A stretch of DNA of 64,000 nucleotides, taken from positions 7,680,001 through 7,744,000 of the forward strand of contig OZ250169.1 in NCBI GenBank assembly GCA_965237955.1, read 5' to 3'. The translations under genes were made by a program, and so were the position numbers. This DNA is from Candidatus Marinacidobacterales bacterium (GTDB lineage Bacteria; Acidobacteriota; Vicinamibacteria; Marinacidobacterales; SMYC01). Below the pieces are notes generated by a model. That model ran no database searches, was not told the origin of the DNA, and worked only from the letters and a program-made list of their open reading frames with translations. Of the stretch, positions 38,965 through 50,548 are shown one piece after another. Each line of letters starts with the position of its first letter. Position 1 is the stretch's first letter.

Positions 38965-40489
38965 ACACCCGTTTACGGCTAAACGCTTCCACCTTGCTTT
39001 TTACGGTGCGCCGGTCGAGACCCAGGCGGCGGGCGGTCTCGAGGTAGTTCCCGGTGCGCTCGTACACGGCGGCGCAGTATTTCTCGAGTAGCTCTTCCGC
39101 GGTGAGGGTGGCGGATTCGAGATCGACGACGGACGACGAGGCGTCCGTCCCGACGAGCGTGGGTCGGTACTCTTTTCGGATGACGATATTCCGCACGCAT
39201 TGCTCGAGCTCGCGCACGTTCCCCGGCCAGTCGTAGTCGAGGCCGAGGTGGTTCGTGATCCAAGCGATGACTTCCTCGGTGACCGTTTCCGCTTCCTCTC
39301 TCCCCCCTTTTCCGATGACGCGCCGCGCGATGAAGAGCACCAGATCGTGCAAGTCATCGGGCGCATCTCGGAGCTGCTCCTTCAGCGAAGGTGTCGTGAT
39401 CAGGTCCGAGCACAGGCGGTAGTACAGGTCTTCACGGAAGCGTCCCGATCGCATCTCGGTAGCGAGGTCGCGGTTCGTTGCCGCCACGATTTTGCCCTCG
39501 AACGACTGGCTTTTGGTCTCGCCGAGCGGCTGGAACGTCCTCGTTTGTAGCACGCGCAAGAGCTTCACCTGGATCGCCGGATCGAGATCGCCGATCTCGT
39601 CGAGAAACACCGTCCCGAGAGCGGGGCACACCGCCAAAAAGCCCTTGCGGTCGGAGAGCGCGCCGGTAAAGGCGCCGCGGCGATGACCGAAGAGCTCGGA
39701 CTCGACCAGCGTCGGTGCGAGCGCGGAAAGATTGAGAGGGAAAAACGCTTGCCCGAGATCGATCTCGAATTGTTTTCGCTTCTGCTGGAACGGAATGTAG
39801 CCGGAGAGTGCGATGGCCTGCGCAACGAGCTCCTTCCCGGTCCCGGACTCTCCGGTGACGAGCGTCGCGATGTCGCTCATTTTCCCAAACAGCAATCGCC
39901 GGTAACGCCTCAAGTCGTGCGTGAAGATCGATTGCCATGCAGCGCCTCGGAGGCGCGCCGCAGGTAGCGAGCTCCCGACGATGAAATCGAAGATGTGGTG
40001 GGACGCGCGGCGAACCTGGAACAGGAACGCGAACCAGTGCGGAAGCTCGGCGTCGACATCGTCCGCGATCCGCTGTGGCAGGAGCGATACGTAAAAGCGG
40101 GCTTGCTCCAGGAAGTCGTCGTAGAATTCGACCTCTGGGGCGGTCATCGCGCGCTCGAGCCGGGCCTCGAAACGATCGTAGAGAAGATAGAACACGAGCT
40201 CGAGGTAGAGCTGGGCGTCGTCGACGGATGGCTTTTGTCCCTCGGCAAGACGCGCTCGCAACGTCATCGCCAACGACTCCGCTCGCTCCGCGATCTTGAC
40301 GACGTTCGGGTTTTCCCGGTCGAGCCTCTTGCTCCAGACCAAGCTCACTTCCTCGAACGCGTCGCCGAGCGCTTGGCGTTCGAGTTCGATGCGCTCGGGC
40401 AGAAACGGGTTGCACCGCGCGAGCTCGGACAGGCTCGTGAGCAGGCGCCGTTGCTCGGCGGTCATGAAAGTTCCGCTCGCCATGTTCAC
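38963..40489 (-). CDS. Sigma-54-dependent enhancer-binding transcriptional activator with an unrecognised N-terminal domain
   Basis: GESGTGKE, ESELFGH, GAFTGA, FLDEIG, FREDLYYRL, WPGNVREL and a C-terminal HTH. Confidence 0.92.
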   Translation of the reverse strand: MNMASGTFMTAEQRRLLTSLSELARCNPFLPERIELERQALGDAFEEVSLVWSKRLDRENPNVVKIAERAESLAMTLRARLAEGQKPSVDDAQLYLELVFYLLYDRFEARLERAMTAPEVEFYDDFLEQARFYVSLLPQRIADDVDAELPHWFAFLFQVRRASHHIFDFIVGSSLPAARLRGAAWQSIFTHDLRRYRRLLFGKMSDIATLVTGESGTGKELVAQAIALSGYIPFQQKRKQFEIDLGQAFFPLNLSALAPTLVESELFGHRRGAFTGALSDRKGFLAVCPALGTVFLDEIGDLDPAIQVKLLRVLQTRTFQPLGETKSQSFEGKIVAATNRDLATEMRSGRFREDLYYRLCSDLITTPSLKEQLRDAPDDLHDLVLFIARRVIGKGGREEAETVTEEVIAWITNHLGLDYDWPGNVRELEQCVRNIVIRKEYRPTLVGTDASSSVVDLESATLTAEELLEKYCAAVYERTGNYLETARRLGLDRRTVKSKVEAFSRKRV

Positions 40490-40591
40490 AGATTGTACAG
40501 GAACGTCAGAAATTGAACTCGGGCTCCGTCGTGTACCGGCGGGTATCCAGTCTAAATGCTACAAACAAAGGTCTTGACGGTATAGGAGAGT

Positions 40592-40608
40592 TTGGCATGA
40601 CGCCTGCT
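40592..40608 (+). promoter_or_regulatory. Sigma-54 (-24/-12) promoter divergent from the activator
   Basis: TTGGCATGACGCCTGCT has GG at 40594-40595 and GC at 40606-40607, separated by the canonical 10 nt. Confidence 0.65.
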
Positions 40609-40666
40609 ATAGACATGTGCGGAACGCGCGAGGGCACGACGTAAAATTTCCTTGCTCTCAACCCCA

Positions 40667-40800
40667 ATGTCCTCGCGCGTTCGCCGCTCTCGTCCTCCAG
40701 GCTCTCGCGAAGGGCTATCGCTACGGGTTCGAGATCATGGACTTCACCGGCCTCGCCAGCGGGACGACCTATCCGATCTTGAAGGCGCTCGAAATGGGAA
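40667..40800 (+). pseudogene. PadR-family regulator, N-terminal remnant
   Basis: [35 protein letters not shown], after which the similarity is lost. Confidence 0.65.
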
Positions 40801-40841
40801 GGTCAGAAAAAAGCCTACGGGCACGGAGGGGGAGGTGGTGC

Positions 40842-41993
40842 TCAGGCGTTGTCCAGCGCTTGTTTCAGGTCGTCGATCAAATCCTCCACATCTTCCAAGC
40901 CGACCGACAGGCGCACCAGGCCGTCGGTGATCCCGACGCGCTTGCGCTCCGCTTCCTCGATGTCGGCGTGGGTCATCGTGACCGGATGGGTGACGAGCGA
41001 CTCCACCGCGCCGAGGTTTTCGGCGAGGGTCCAGAGTTTCAACGAGTCCATGATCTTCTTGCCGGCGGCGACACCGCCTTCGACTTCGAACCACACCATC
41101 GCGCCGTAGCCGGTGGCCTGACGGGTCGCGAGGTCGTGTTGCGGGTGTGACGGAAGGCCGGGGTAGCACACCTTGTCGACTTTCGGATGCGATTCGAGAA
41201 ATTTGGCGATGGCCATCGCGTTCGCGCACTGCGCGTCCATCCGCACCGTCAACGTCTTGCAGCCTTGGAGCGTGAGCCAGGCGACTTGTGGCGACATGAT
41301 GGTGCCGGCTGCGTTCTGCACGAAACTGACTTTCTCATCGAGATCGGCCGTGCGCGAGACGACCGCGCCGCCTATTGTGGCATTGTGTCCGTCCAAATAT
41401 TTCGTGGTGCTGTGGATCACGAGATCGGCGCCGAGCTCGAACGGTCTTTGGTAGTAGGGTGTCAAGAACGTGTTGTCGATGGCGTGGGGAATGCCGTGCT
41501 CTTTGGCGATGTCCGACACGGCAGCGACGTCGGTCAGCTTGAGCGTCGGGTTCGCCGGTGTTTCGGTGAAGATCAGGCGGGTGTTCTCGCGCACGCTCTT
41601 CTTGACGTCGTCGGCGTTCGAAGTGTCGGCGAACGTGAACTCGACACCGAACCGGCTGAAGATTTTCGTGCACAGCCGGTACGTTCCACCGTACGTGACG
41701 TCCGAGACGACGGCGTGATCTCCCGCGTTCAAGAATGCGAGAAGCACCGCCTGGATCGCGGCCATTCCGGTAGAGAACGTTGCGGCGCCCGCACCGCCCT
41801 CGAGATCGGCGAGCTTGTTCTCGAGCGCCTGAACCGTCGGATTCCCCGAGCGGGAGTACGAGTAGCCTTTGGAAAGATAGGCGTCCACCGACTCTTGCAC
41901 GAACGTCGTGGACTGGTAAATCGGCGTCAGGATCGCGCCGGTCGTAGGGTCGGGCTCGACCCCGGCATGAATCTGTTTGGTTGCAAATCGCAT
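40842..41993 (-). CDS. metB: Cystathionine gamma-synthase/lyase family PLP enzyme
   Basis: [40 protein letters not shown] and RLSVGLED motifs. The exact specificity cannot be determined. Confidence 0.8.
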   Translation of the reverse strand: MRFATKQIHAGVEPDPTTGAILTPIYQSTTFVQESVDAYLSKGYSYSRSGNPTVQALENKLADLEGGAGAATFSTGMAAIQAVLLAFLNAGDHAVVSDVTYGGTYRLCTKIFSRFGVEFTFADTSNADDVKKSVRENTRLIFTETPANPTLKLTDVAAVSDIAKEHGIPHAIDNTFLTPYYQRPFELGADLVIHSTTKYLDGHNATIGGAVVSRTADLDEKVSFVQNAAGTIMSPQVAWLTLQGCKTLTVRMDAQCANAMAIAKFLESHPKVDKVCYPGLPSHPQHDLATRQATGYGAMVWFEVEGGVAAGKKIMDSLKLWTLAENLGAVESLVTHPVTMTHADIEEAERKRVGITDGLVRLSVGLEDVEDLIDDLKQALDNA

Positions 41994-42029
41994 GACAGGC
42001 ATCATAGCGTACGTAGCCTGGGGAGGACG

Positions 42030-42307
42030 AGATGGTCACGAGACGCTGTTTCTTATATGAGCTTCCGCTTTCCCGCGATGAAGGATGCGCCTGTGGTCGA
42101 ATCCAAAATCTGCCAGTATGAAGCACGCCCGACGGGGATTTCATCGTCGACCAGCATCCGAAGGCGGCAAATGTCTGGATCGTGGGCGGCGGATCGGGCC
42201 ACGGCTTCAAGCACGGTCCTGCATTCGGTGAGCGCGTGGCCGACACCGTACTCGGCGAGAGAAAGAAGGACGCAACCTTCTCCCTGTCGCGCTTCGAAAA
42301 GCTATGA
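42030..42307 (+). pseudogene. C-terminal remnant of a sarcosine/N-methyltryptophan oxidase-like flavoprotein, frameshifted
   Basis: RFPAMKDAPVVESKICQYE, a frameshift, then TPDGDFIVDQHP...VWIVGGGSGHGFKHGPAFGE...FSLSRF. Confidence 0.75.
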
Positions 42308-42333
42308 GCCGCCCCCTGCTGTAGAATCCTCGC

Positions 42334-42675
42334 ATGCGCATCGCGCTGCTCTTCGTCCTCGTGGTCGCCGTTGCCGGCATCGCCCGAGCGCAGCCGTGTG
42401 AGTGCGCGAGCTGGGACGATGCGCCAGGAGTGCTGTGGACTGGATGCGCCCCGCTCGTGCTCCCGCAGATCGCCGAGCTCGCCGCGCCCGGGCTCTGGTT
42501 CACGCGCGATGAGCCTCTGCTTCTGACGCGCCCGCATTCCGTCCAAAGCGCGGTGGGCTGTTCTCGGCTATCAGTTCGGCGGCGGCCGAGTCGGTGTTCA
42601 GGCGCTCGGGTTCGGAGGGCTCGACGATATCCGTCTCATTTTCGAGATCGGTGCCGGCGCGTGGTAGGCCCGTGA
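42334..42675 (+). pseudogene. Probable remnant of a secreted protein
   Basis: Signal peptide MRIALLFVLVVAVAGIARAQ and ...[15 protein letters not shown], followed by an Arg-rich tail that does not look coding. Confidence 0.35.
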
Positions 42676-44246
42676 GCGTTCATCCTGGCGCCGGGAAGCC
42701 AGCACCGACCGCGGTGCTCGTGGACGTCGCCAAGCTCGTCGAGGCGTATTTCTCGGAACCCGCGAGCGCGCCCGTCGCGTTCGGAACATCGGGCCACCGT
42801 GGCTCGTCGTTCACGGGGAGCTTCAACGAGGCCCACATCGCCGCGACCACCCAGGCGATCTGCGAGTATCGAAAGGAACAACGCATTGACGGTCCGCTGT
42901 TTCTCGGCGTCGACACCCATGCGCTTTCAGAGCCCGCCCGCGCGACCGCGCTCGAAGTGCTGGCCGCGAACCGTGTCGATGTACGCGTCGATCGTGACGG
43001 CGGCTATACGCCGACGCCCGTGATCTCGCAGGCGATTCTCCACGAGCGCGACGCCGATGGCATCGTGATCACGCCGTCGCACAACCCGCCCGAGGACGGT
43101 GGGTTCAAGTACAACCCACCTCACGGTGGACCGGCGGACACTTATGTCACGAGCTGGATCGAAAACCGCGCCAACGAGCTTCTCGAGGATTCCATCGAGC
43201 GCAAACCCGCTTCGGCGACCCCCCATGACTACATTGCGACTTACATCGAAGAGCTCGGCACGGTCGTGGATATGGACGCGATCAAGAGTGGGGGAATCCG
43301 GATCGGCGTCGATCCATTGGGGGGCGCCGGTGTCGCCTACTGGGAACCGATCGCGGAGCGGTACGGTCTCGACATCGACGTCGTCAACGATACGGTCGAT
43401 CCGACGTTTCGCTTCGTGACGCTCGACCGGGACGGCACGATTCGTATGGATTGCTCGTCGCCGTACGCGATCGCGAAGCTCATCGATTTGCGCGAGAAGT
43501 TCGACGTCGCATTCGCCAACGACACCGACAACGATCGTCACGGAGTCGTGGCGCCGAGCGTCGGGCTCTTGAATCCAAACCACTACCTGGCGGTGAGCAT
43601 AGACTATCTGTTCCGCCATCGCGACTGGTCGGAGCGCCCGGCGGTCGGGAAAACCCTGGTATCGAGTGCGCTCATCGATCGCGTTGCCGAGCGCCTCAGC
43701 CGTAAGCTCGTGGAAGTGCCGGTCGGGTTCAAGTGGTTCGTTCCCGGCCTTGCCGATGGCTCGCTTGGTTTCGGTGGCGAGGAGAGTGCCGGGGCCTCGT
43801 TTCTGTGTCGAAACGGCGAGGTGTGGACGACGGACAAAGACGGTATCATCATGGGGCTGTTGGCGGCAGAGATGATGGCGGTCACCGGCAAGGATCCGGG
43901 CGAGTTGTATGCCGAGCTCGTTGCTGAGCTGGGCGAGCCTGTCTATGAGCGCATCGATGCGCCCGCGAGTCCGGAGCAGAAAGCGCGGCTGAAAGGGCTC
44001 TCGCCCGAGCAAGTAACCGCTCGAGAGCTCGCTGGCGATCCGATCACCGAGATGCTCACCACCGCTCCCGGTAACGGCGCCTCCATCGGTGGGCTCAAAG
44101 TCGCGACCGAGCACGGTTGGTTCGCCGCCAGGCCGTCGGGCACGGAAGACGTCTACAAGCTCTACGCTGAGAGCTTTCGCGACGACGATCACTTGAGGCG
44201 CATTCAACGCGAGGCCCAAGACCTCGTCGCCACGGTTCTCGAATGA
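42672..44246 (+). CDS. pgm: Phosphoglucomutase
   Basis: [38 protein letters not shown] and ARPSGTE motifs. Confidence 0.93.
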   Translation: MSVHPGAGKPAPTAVLVDVAKLVEAYFSEPASAPVAFGTSGHRGSSFTGSFNEAHIAATTQAICEYRKEQRIDGPLFLGVDTHALSEPARATALEVLAANRVDVRVDRDGGYTPTPVISQAILHERDADGIVITPSHNPPEDGGFKYNPPHGGPADTYVTSWIENRANELLEDSIERKPASATPHDYIATYIEELGTVVDMDAIKSGGIRIGVDPLGGAGVAYWEPIAERYGLDIDVVNDTVDPTFRFVTLDRDGTIRMDCSSPYAIAKLIDLREKFDVAFANDTDNDRHGVVAPSVGLLNPNHYLAVSIDYLFRHRDWSERPAVGKTLVSSALIDRVAERLSRKLVEVPVGFKWFVPGLADGSLGFGGEESAGASFLCRNGEVWTTDKDGIIMGLLAAEMMAVTGKDPGELYAELVAELGEPVYERIDAPASPEQKARLKGLSPEQVTARELAGDPITEMLTTAPGNGASIGGLKVATEHGWFAARPSGTEDVYKLYAESFRDDDHLRRIQREAQDLVATVLE

Positions 44247-45313
44247 CCATTTACCGTCTCGAGCCCGGAGTCCAGCACTACGCCTGGGGCGATATCCATT
44301 TTATTCCCGAGCTCCTCGGTATCGAGAACGTGGAGGGCAAGCCCTACGCGGAGCTTTGGTTGGGCATGCACCAAGACCTTCCGTCCCACGTCGAAGTCGA
44401 GGGCGAGCGGTGGCTACTGAGCGAAGTGTTGGATGACGAGCTGCCGTATCTCTTCAAAATCCTCTCGGCCAAGGAGCCGTTGTCGATCCAGGCGCATCCC
44501 ACCGAGCAGCAAGCGCGCGAGGGCTTTGCCCGCGAGAACGCCGAAGAGGTGCCCATGGACGCACCCCATCGCAACTACAAAGACGAGCACCACAAGCCGG
44601 AGCTTTTGTGTGCGCTCACCGACTTCTACGCGCTCAGAGGCTTTCGTCCCGATCCGCCGCCGTTCGAAGGGGCGTCCCTGAAAGAGCTGTACGAAAGATT
44701 GATGACCCTGCCTCAGGACGAGGTGGATGCCATGCTCGCCCCGAAAATCGAAGAGCTCAAAGGTGGCAAATACGGGAAAGAGGATCGCGAGTATTGGGTG
44801 CTACGTTGCCACGAAGAATTCTCGGACGAAGGACACTACGATCGGGGACTGTTCTCCGTCTACCTGTTGAACTTGATCCGTTTGAGACCGGGTGACGCCA
44901 TTTACTTGGGCGCGGGTACGCTCCACGCGTATCTCGAGGGCTCGGGTGTCGAGATCATGGCCAACTCGAACAACGTGCTGCGCGGCGGGCTGACGAAAAA
45001 GCACATCGATATTGCCGAGCTCCTGAAGACGGTCGTATTCGAAGGCGAGGAGCCCGGTGTCCTACACCCGGTGCCGACGAGCGACTCCGAATGGAAGTAC
45101 GAGACGCCCGCTCACGAGTTCGAGCTTCGCCGCATCGAAGCTCCGCACCAAAACGACGCCGACCACGGCCCGGAGATCCTCCTCGTCGTCGACGGCAAGG
45201 CCATTATCGGTCCATATCACATCCGACGCGGTGAGGCGGTGTGCATCTCTGGTGGCGAGGCGTACGCGGTCGATGGGTCCGCGACGATCTACAAAGCGAC
45301 GGTGCCTCGATGA
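44243..45313 (+). CDS. manA: Mannose-6-phosphate isomerase, class I
   Basis: [32 protein letters not shown] and [13 protein letters not shown] motifs. Confidence 0.92.
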   Translation: MTIYRLEPGVQHYAWGDIHFIPELLGIENVEGKPYAELWLGMHQDLPSHVEVEGERWLLSEVLDDELPYLFKILSAKEPLSIQAHPTEQQAREGFARENAEEVPMDAPHRNYKDEHHKPELLCALTDFYALRGFRPDPPPFEGASLKELYERLMTLPQDEVDAMLAPKIEELKGGKYGKEDREYWVLRCHEEFSDEGHYDRGLFSVYLLNLIRLRPGDAIYLGAGTLHAYLEGSGVEIMANSNNVLRGGLTKKHIDIAELLKTVVFEGEEPGVLHPVPTSDSEWKYETPAHEFELRRIEAPHQNDADHGPEILLVVDGKAIIGPYHIRRGEAVCISGGEAYAVDGSATIYKATVPR

Positions 45314-46872
45314 CCGCGTTCCGCGGCAAGAATCCCACGGCGCTCGCGTTCGGGACGAGCGGGCTTCGAGGGCTCGTCACCGACATCACCGACCTCGAGG
45401 CCTACATTAATACCCGAGGGTTTCTGAACTACGTCGGAGCGCACGAAGGTGCGGTAGCGCTCGCCGGCGACCTGCGGCCGAGCACCGATAGAATCCTGGT
45501 AGCGGTGGCGTGCGCGATCGAAGATGCTGGTTGCAGCGTGGACTTTCTCGGGAAGATCCCGACGCCGGCACTGACGTATCACGCGCTCGAGCGGCGCCAG
45601 CCGAGCGTGATGGTGACAGGGAGCCACATTACTTTCGATCGTAACGGCATCAAGTTCAACAAGCCCGACGGTGAGGTGCTCAAAGAGGACGAGGCGGGGA
45701 TTCTCGAAGCGGTAGCCGAAGTTAGAGAGGCCGAATATCGCCGAAGCCGCAAGGAGTCGTCGTTCAGCGACGATGGGATGCTGCACGACACCAGCCCTCT
45801 CCCGCCGGTCAACAACGACGGCTCCGAGCTGTATATCCGACGCTATCTCGATTTCTTCCCCGCGAGCGGCCTGCTCGGAAAACGCATCATCGTGTTCCAG
45901 CATTCGGCGGTGGGCCGCGACCTCCTTGTCGAGATTCTGACTCGGCTCGGCGCTTCGGTGGTTCCGACGCGGAGAAGTGAAGCGTTCATCTCGATCGATA
46001 CCGAGGACATCACCGCTGAGAGACTCGCCGATCTGCAGGCGATGGCGGACGACGAAGCCGATGGAGCTGATGCCCCTGACGCCATTGTCTCGACCGACGG
46101 CGACAGCGACCGGCCGCTCGTGGCCGATGTCGATGACAGTGGCCGCGTGCACTTTTTCGGGGGAGACCTCCTCGGCATCATCGTGGCCAAGTATCTCGGC
46201 GCCGACGCGGTCGCGATCCCGGTAAGCGCCAACGACGCCGTGGACCTCGAGCTCGATAACGTCACCAAGACAAAGATCGGCTCGCCCTATGTCGTCAAGG
46301 CGATGCAAGAAGCCGAGGGCGACAACGTCGTGGGATGGGAAGCGAACGGCGGTTTTCTGACGGGCTCCGTCATCGAGAAAGACGGCCGTACCCTCGGGCC
46401 GCTTCCGACACGGGACGCCGTCCTTCCGATTCTTTGTGTGCTCTATGCCTCGGTAGAGAAAGAATGCACGCTGACCGAGCTTTTCTCCGAGCTTCCGCCG
46501 CGATTCAGCAAGGCCGGACTCATCGATGACTTCCCGCGCGAGACGAGCCTCGAGATCATTCGCCGGTTCACACCAGGAGACTCTGTTTCAATCGCAGCGG
46601 AGCTTTCGAAGGTTTTCACGCCTGAGCTCGGGTTCGACGCTATCACCGACATCAACACCATCGACGGTCTGCGGATTTTTTTTGCCAACGGGGACATCGC
46701 GCACATCCGGCCTTCGGGGAACGCGCCCCAGCTGCGAATCTATGCAGTGGCGAACACCGAGGCGCGAGTGGAAGAGATCGTCGCCCTGGCCCTCCGGGAG
46801 CCCGACGGGCTCCTGCGGGCGATGTGCGCAGACGCGGGGGGAGAGGGACTTGCTAACAAAGGCCGTAACTAG
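45310..46872 (+). CDS. Phosphomannomutase
   Basis: FGTSGLRG, VTGSH, DGDSDRP, GWEANGG, PTRDA and RPSGNAPQLR motifs. ATGA-coupled to manA. Confidence 0.88.
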   Translation: MTAFRGKNPTALAFGTSGLRGLVTDITDLEAYINTRGFLNYVGAHEGAVALAGDLRPSTDRILVAVACAIEDAGCSVDFLGKIPTPALTYHALERRQPSVMVTGSHITFDRNGIKFNKPDGEVLKEDEAGILEAVAEVREAEYRRSRKESSFSDDGMLHDTSPLPPVNNDGSELYIRRYLDFFPASGLLGKRIIVFQHSAVGRDLLVEILTRLGASVVPTRRSEAFISIDTEDITAERLADLQAMADDEADGADAPDAIVSTDGDSDRPLVADVDDSGRVHFFGGDLLGIIVAKYLGADAVAIPVSANDAVDLELDNVTKTKIGSPYVVKAMQEAEGDNVVGWEANGGFLTGSVIEKDGRTLGPLPTRDAVLPILCVLYASVEKECTLTELFSELPPRFSKAGLIDDFPRETSLEIIRRFTPGDSVSIAAELSKVFTPELGFDAITDINTIDGLRIFFANGDIAHIRPSGNAPQLRIYAVANTEARVEEIVALALREPDGLLRAMCADAGGEGLANKGRN

Positions 46873-46955
46873 TCTTTGGAAGTCTCGACGTCCCGCAGCG
46901 ACGCAGAGTTAAAAGAGCAGAGAAAAAACGACGCTTCCAACGCCGAGCGGAGTCG

Positions 46956-47656
46956 CTAGGGCTCGAACGTGGCGATGATCCACGTGTGGTAAACGCTCGT
47001 CGTGGCCTCGAAGCCGGAGTCGGTTCCCACGAACAGCCACACGTTGCCGCTTCCGTCCGTGGTACGCTGATCGATTCCATCTCGCTCGATAGCTGCTTGA
47101 GCTCCCACTGGGGTGTCTCGCCGCACGGGATCGAGTTGGCCACGTCACCGATCGCGAGGGCGTTCTCGCCGCCGTTGGTTTGGTTTCCCTTGTCGACGTT
47201 CATGCGCCAGTCAGAACCTTCGACGACGGATTCCGGCTCGACATCGGAGGCCCCCGCTTTCACGGTAACCCCTTCACCCGGCGCGCCACCCACACCGAAA
47301 CAACCGTTCGGTACCCTCGTCGCGATCTCCACCTCGAACCGCACCGAGTAGCGGCGATTCGCATCGAGCCCTGCGACCCGGCCTTTGTAGTACATCCACA
47401 AGTCGTCGCTGTGATTGTTGCCGGAGATGTACAGCGCGTTTTCGTCTGTGCTGAGCGGAGCCTCCAGAGTCCGGTAGTCGGAGACGAGCTCATAGAAGTC
47501 GTCCTGACCGACGGGGTAGTCCGCGAATCCGGCCATCCAGTCCTGCGGGCTTTGTCTAAAGTCCACTCGAATCGTGTGCGGGTCGTCGTTGGCGCACGCG
47601 GCAACCAAAGCCACTAGCCACACCACGCCGAGACGTCGAAGTTGTGCAAATGTCAT
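46956..47656 (-). pseudogene. Hypothetical lipoprotein with a frameshift near 47065
   Basis: Lipobox LVAAC and GNNHSDDL. The natural-looking C-terminus TTDGSGNVWLFVGTDSGFEATTSVY...FEP* lies in another frame. Confidence 0.6.
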
Positions 47657-47868
47657 CTTGCCTACACTTACTACTAAATTTGTGCCGGTTGGGCGGTGCT
47701 CCGGACCGTTCGCCCCCGTCATCTGCCCCGCCGCTGTTTTCTTTTTTTGCAAACTTAGTCGTTCGGCCTAGAATACTGAGTTCAGCCAAAAGATGCGTGT
47801 CTAACGACGCGAGGGGAAACACGAACGTTACGCGCGAAGACCACAACGAAAGGCGCCTTGGGCCTTCG

Positions 47869-49101
47869 TTATTCAGGTTGGTAAGGGGACTGCAGGTACT
47901 GTTCGGCGGTTTCGTGAGAGCCGTCGAATTCTTGGAGCTGCTGAACGCGACGGTAGTAGCTGACCGCTTCGCCGCGGCGTCCCATGGTGTCCAGGATCTC
48001 GCCGGCACGGAGATTCGAGAGCGCTCGCTCGCGCTCGGGCGTGTCCGGATCGTCGGCGGCGACTTTGAACTGATCGAGCGCGCGGTCCTCGCTTCCGAGC
48101 GCGAGAAGCCGGTTGCCCAGAGGGTAGCGGATCTTCTCGAGCGGTAGTTTCTGGTAGTTGGGAACCTTCTTCTCGGCACGCTCCGCCACCGCGGCATACA
48201 TCGCGGCCGCTCGAACGGGCTCATCCATGCGCTCGAGGATTTGCGCCTGGTTCAGGTGTAGCAGATAGTTCTCGGGATAGCGGCGGTGAAGCTGCTGCGC
48301 GACCTCGAGTGCGTATTCGTTCTCGTCCTCGCGGACGTACATCACCATCAACAACAACCTGGCGTCGTCTTTCACGAAATAACCTTCTCGCGCGGCACGC
48401 GAGAGGTAGTCGAAACCACGCGCCTCGGTCCCCCGGTATCCGGCCAGGGCTGCGAACCACTTGATGTACCACGGCAAGTTTCCGACGACGTACTCGTAAC
48501 TCCCGAGGGTCATGTATGCATCGATGAAATCGGGATCTTCGTCCACGATGGAGCGTTGGATGCGGTAGGTCTCTCTCCCGTGCTTGAGAGCCTTTCGATA
48601 GCCTCTCTCGATCGTGAACGCGAAAACACCGAGTGCACCGTGGCAAGAACCGAGGTAGTAGCGTGCCTCCTGGTCGCCCGGGTGCGCCTCCAGGTACTTT
48701 TCGGCGTTCTCCCGGCTTTTTGCGATGCCCTCGTAGAATGCTTCGACATCTTCTTCGGGCATCTCCTCTTGCGAGCGTCGCGTGAAGTATCCGGGCGAGA
48801 TGAATCGATCGAGGTCTAAGTCTTCGCGTTCGACGAGCTCCCGGAGCCAGATCGCGACGGCGCGGGCCAAAGGCGGGCCCGGGTGATTCGGGTATTCTTC
48901 CTGGAGCTCATAGAAAAACTCGACGGCCTGATCGTGCTCGAGGCGGTAGAGGTGCGTCATTCCGGGTGTGCTGGCCGCCTTGTACTCGGCATCCCTGAGG
49001 GTTTGGCCGAGCGAGGGCGCGGCAAGCGTCAGAAAGAGCAAACCCCCGATGAAGACCGTTTTCAGGGCGGAACTCAACCCAGGCAATCTCCACACTATCA
49101 T
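47869..49101 (-). CDS. Secreted TPR-repeat protein
   Basis: Signal peptide and several TPR-like helical repeats (ARYYLG, DAYMTLG, IRYPLG, NLRAGEILDTMG). Confidence 0.8.
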   Translation of the reverse strand: MIVWRLPGLSSALKTVFIGGLLFLTLAAPSLGQTLRDAEYKAASTPGMTHLYRLEHDQAVEFFYELQEEYPNHPGPPLARAVAIWLRELVEREDLDLDRFISPGYFTRRSQEEMPEEDVEAFYEGIAKSRENAEKYLEAHPGDQEARYYLGSCHGALGVFAFTIERGYRKALKHGRETYRIQRSIVDEDPDFIDAYMTLGSYEYVVGNLPWYIKWFAALAGYRGTEARGFDYLSRAAREGYFVKDDARLLLMVMYVREDENEYALEVAQQLHRRYPENYLLHLNQAQILERMDEPVRAAAMYAAVAERAEKKVPNYQKLPLEKIRYPLGNRLLALGSEDRALDQFKVAADDPDTPERERALSNLRAGEILDTMGRRGEAVSYYRRVQQLQEFDGSHETAEQYLQSPYQPE

Positions 49102-49153
49102 CGCAAGGCACTAGCCTAGCACATCGGCGGTTCGACGTTCTGTGATATTGCGC

Positions 49154-49438
49154 TCATGGGCCGCGTTCGAAAAAACGGCAGAGCGAACAATTGAATTTGA
49201 AGTTGCCATCGTCGGCGCCGGACATCCCTGTCGCGAACGTTCCGCCGATGAGCCCGTCCATGCTCGTGCCGGCTATGAAATCGACCGGGATCTGGTTCTC
49301 TTCGAGCCACTCGAGCACACCCACGTGCGCGATGCCGCGAGCGCTGCCGCCGCCGAGGGCGAGCCCGACCCTGGGCCGATCGCTCGAATAGGCGAAAGAC
49401 GTCGCCATCAACAAGAATCCTACGAACACCGACTTCAT
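49154..49438 (-). pseudogene. Patatin-like phospholipase, N-terminal stub
   Basis: [17 protein letters not shown] and GTSMD (degenerate GxSxG). Truncated before the DGG motif. Confidence 0.8.
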
Positions 49439-49485
49439 GGCGCGGCATCATAACGTCTTTTATAATCACGGGCTGCAGGTTGTTG

Positions 49486-49875
49486 ATGAAGAGACTGTCA
49501 GCCGCGATCGCGACGCTCTTGCTGGTGACGCCGCCCCTCTGCCCGGACGCGCTCGTCATTACCCAGGCGATGAAGGCCGCCACGATTGCCGAGATCTACC
49601 TCGAAACGCGACGGAGTCTCGAGCTCGAGAACCAGGGCGGCGCGCGCGCCAAAGTACAGGACGTCACCATCGTCGACTCGGAGCACGAACCGCTCGGCGG
49701 CGAGATCGGGTTCGTGTCGACGTGCACCTGGAACGTATCAGGCTCGGTAGGGCACTGGGGCCATGTGCACACGTGCGAAAACCAGTACCAGGCTCGCTTC
49801 GTCGTCAAGTCCGTCGATGGTCTGTGGAAGATCACCGAGCTCGAGCTCCTCCCAGAAGAACGCCTCCCCGGTTGA
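49486..49875 (+). pseudogene. Conserved hypothetical protein with a probable large in-frame internal deletion
   Basis: The signal peptide and DALVITQAMKAATIAEIYLE are joined to RRSLELENQGGARAKV...WNVSGSVGHWGH. From memory these are the two ends of a much longer protein found with this ABC cluster. Confidence 0.5.
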
Positions 49876-49879
49876 ATTG

Positions 49880-50548
49880 ATGTCTGCCCCCGTTGTCCGA
49901 GTTCACGATCTATCCTTTCGCTACGGTGAAGGCGACTTTCATCTTCAGATTCCCGAGCTCGAAGTTGCCCGCGCATCGTCGGCGGCGTTCATTGGGCCGA
50001 ACGGCTCGGGAAAGACGACGCTGCTCCATCTCATCGCGGGCATTGCGCTCCCGCAGGCGGGGAGGATCGAGACCAACGGTGTGGACGTCACCAATCTTTC
50101 TGAGAGCGCACGCCGTGAGTTCCGCATCAAGAACGTCGGGCTCGTGTTTCAGGAGTTCGAGCTCCTCGAGTACTTGAGCGTCCTCGATAACGTGCTGCTT
50201 CCGTATCGCATCAACCCTGCTCTGGAGCTCACGCCGGAAGTGCGCGAGCGGGCCCAGACGGTTGCCGACCAAGTGGGCATCGGGGACAAGCTTGCTCGCT
50301 ATCCGAGGCAGCTGTCTCAGGGTGAGCGCCAACGCGTTGCCGTCTGTCGCGCGGTACTGACCGAGCCCGCGGTCCTCATGGCGGACGAGCCGACCGGCAA
50401 CCTCGACCCGCTCAACAAGGGACGCGTCCTCGATATCCTTTTCGACTATGCCGAGGCGAGCGGCACGACGCTTTTGACCGTCACCCACGACCACGACTTA
50501 CTCGGGCGCTTCGAGCGCGTCGTGGACTTCAAAGATCTTCTATCGTGA
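49880..50548 (+). CDS. ABC transporter ATP-binding protein (LolD/MacB-like)
   Basis: GPNGSGKTT, LSQGERQR, ADEPTGNLD and VTHD motifs. Confidence 0.93.
   Translation: MSAPVVRVHDLSFRYGEGDFHLQIPELEVARASSAAFIGPNGSGKTTLLHLIAGIALPQAGRIETNGVDVTNLSESARREFRIKNVGLVFQEFELLEYLSVLDNVLLPYRINPALELTPEVRERAQTVADQVGIGDKLARYPRQLSQGERQRVAVCRAVLTEPAVLMADEPTGNLDPLNKGRVLDILFDYAEASGTTLLTVTHDHDLLGRFERVVDFKDLLS

Noticed and set aside
47690-47750. Intrinsic terminator (T-tract at about 47737-47748)
   Set aside because: No strong hairpin sits directly before the T-tract, and no plus-strand gene ends here.
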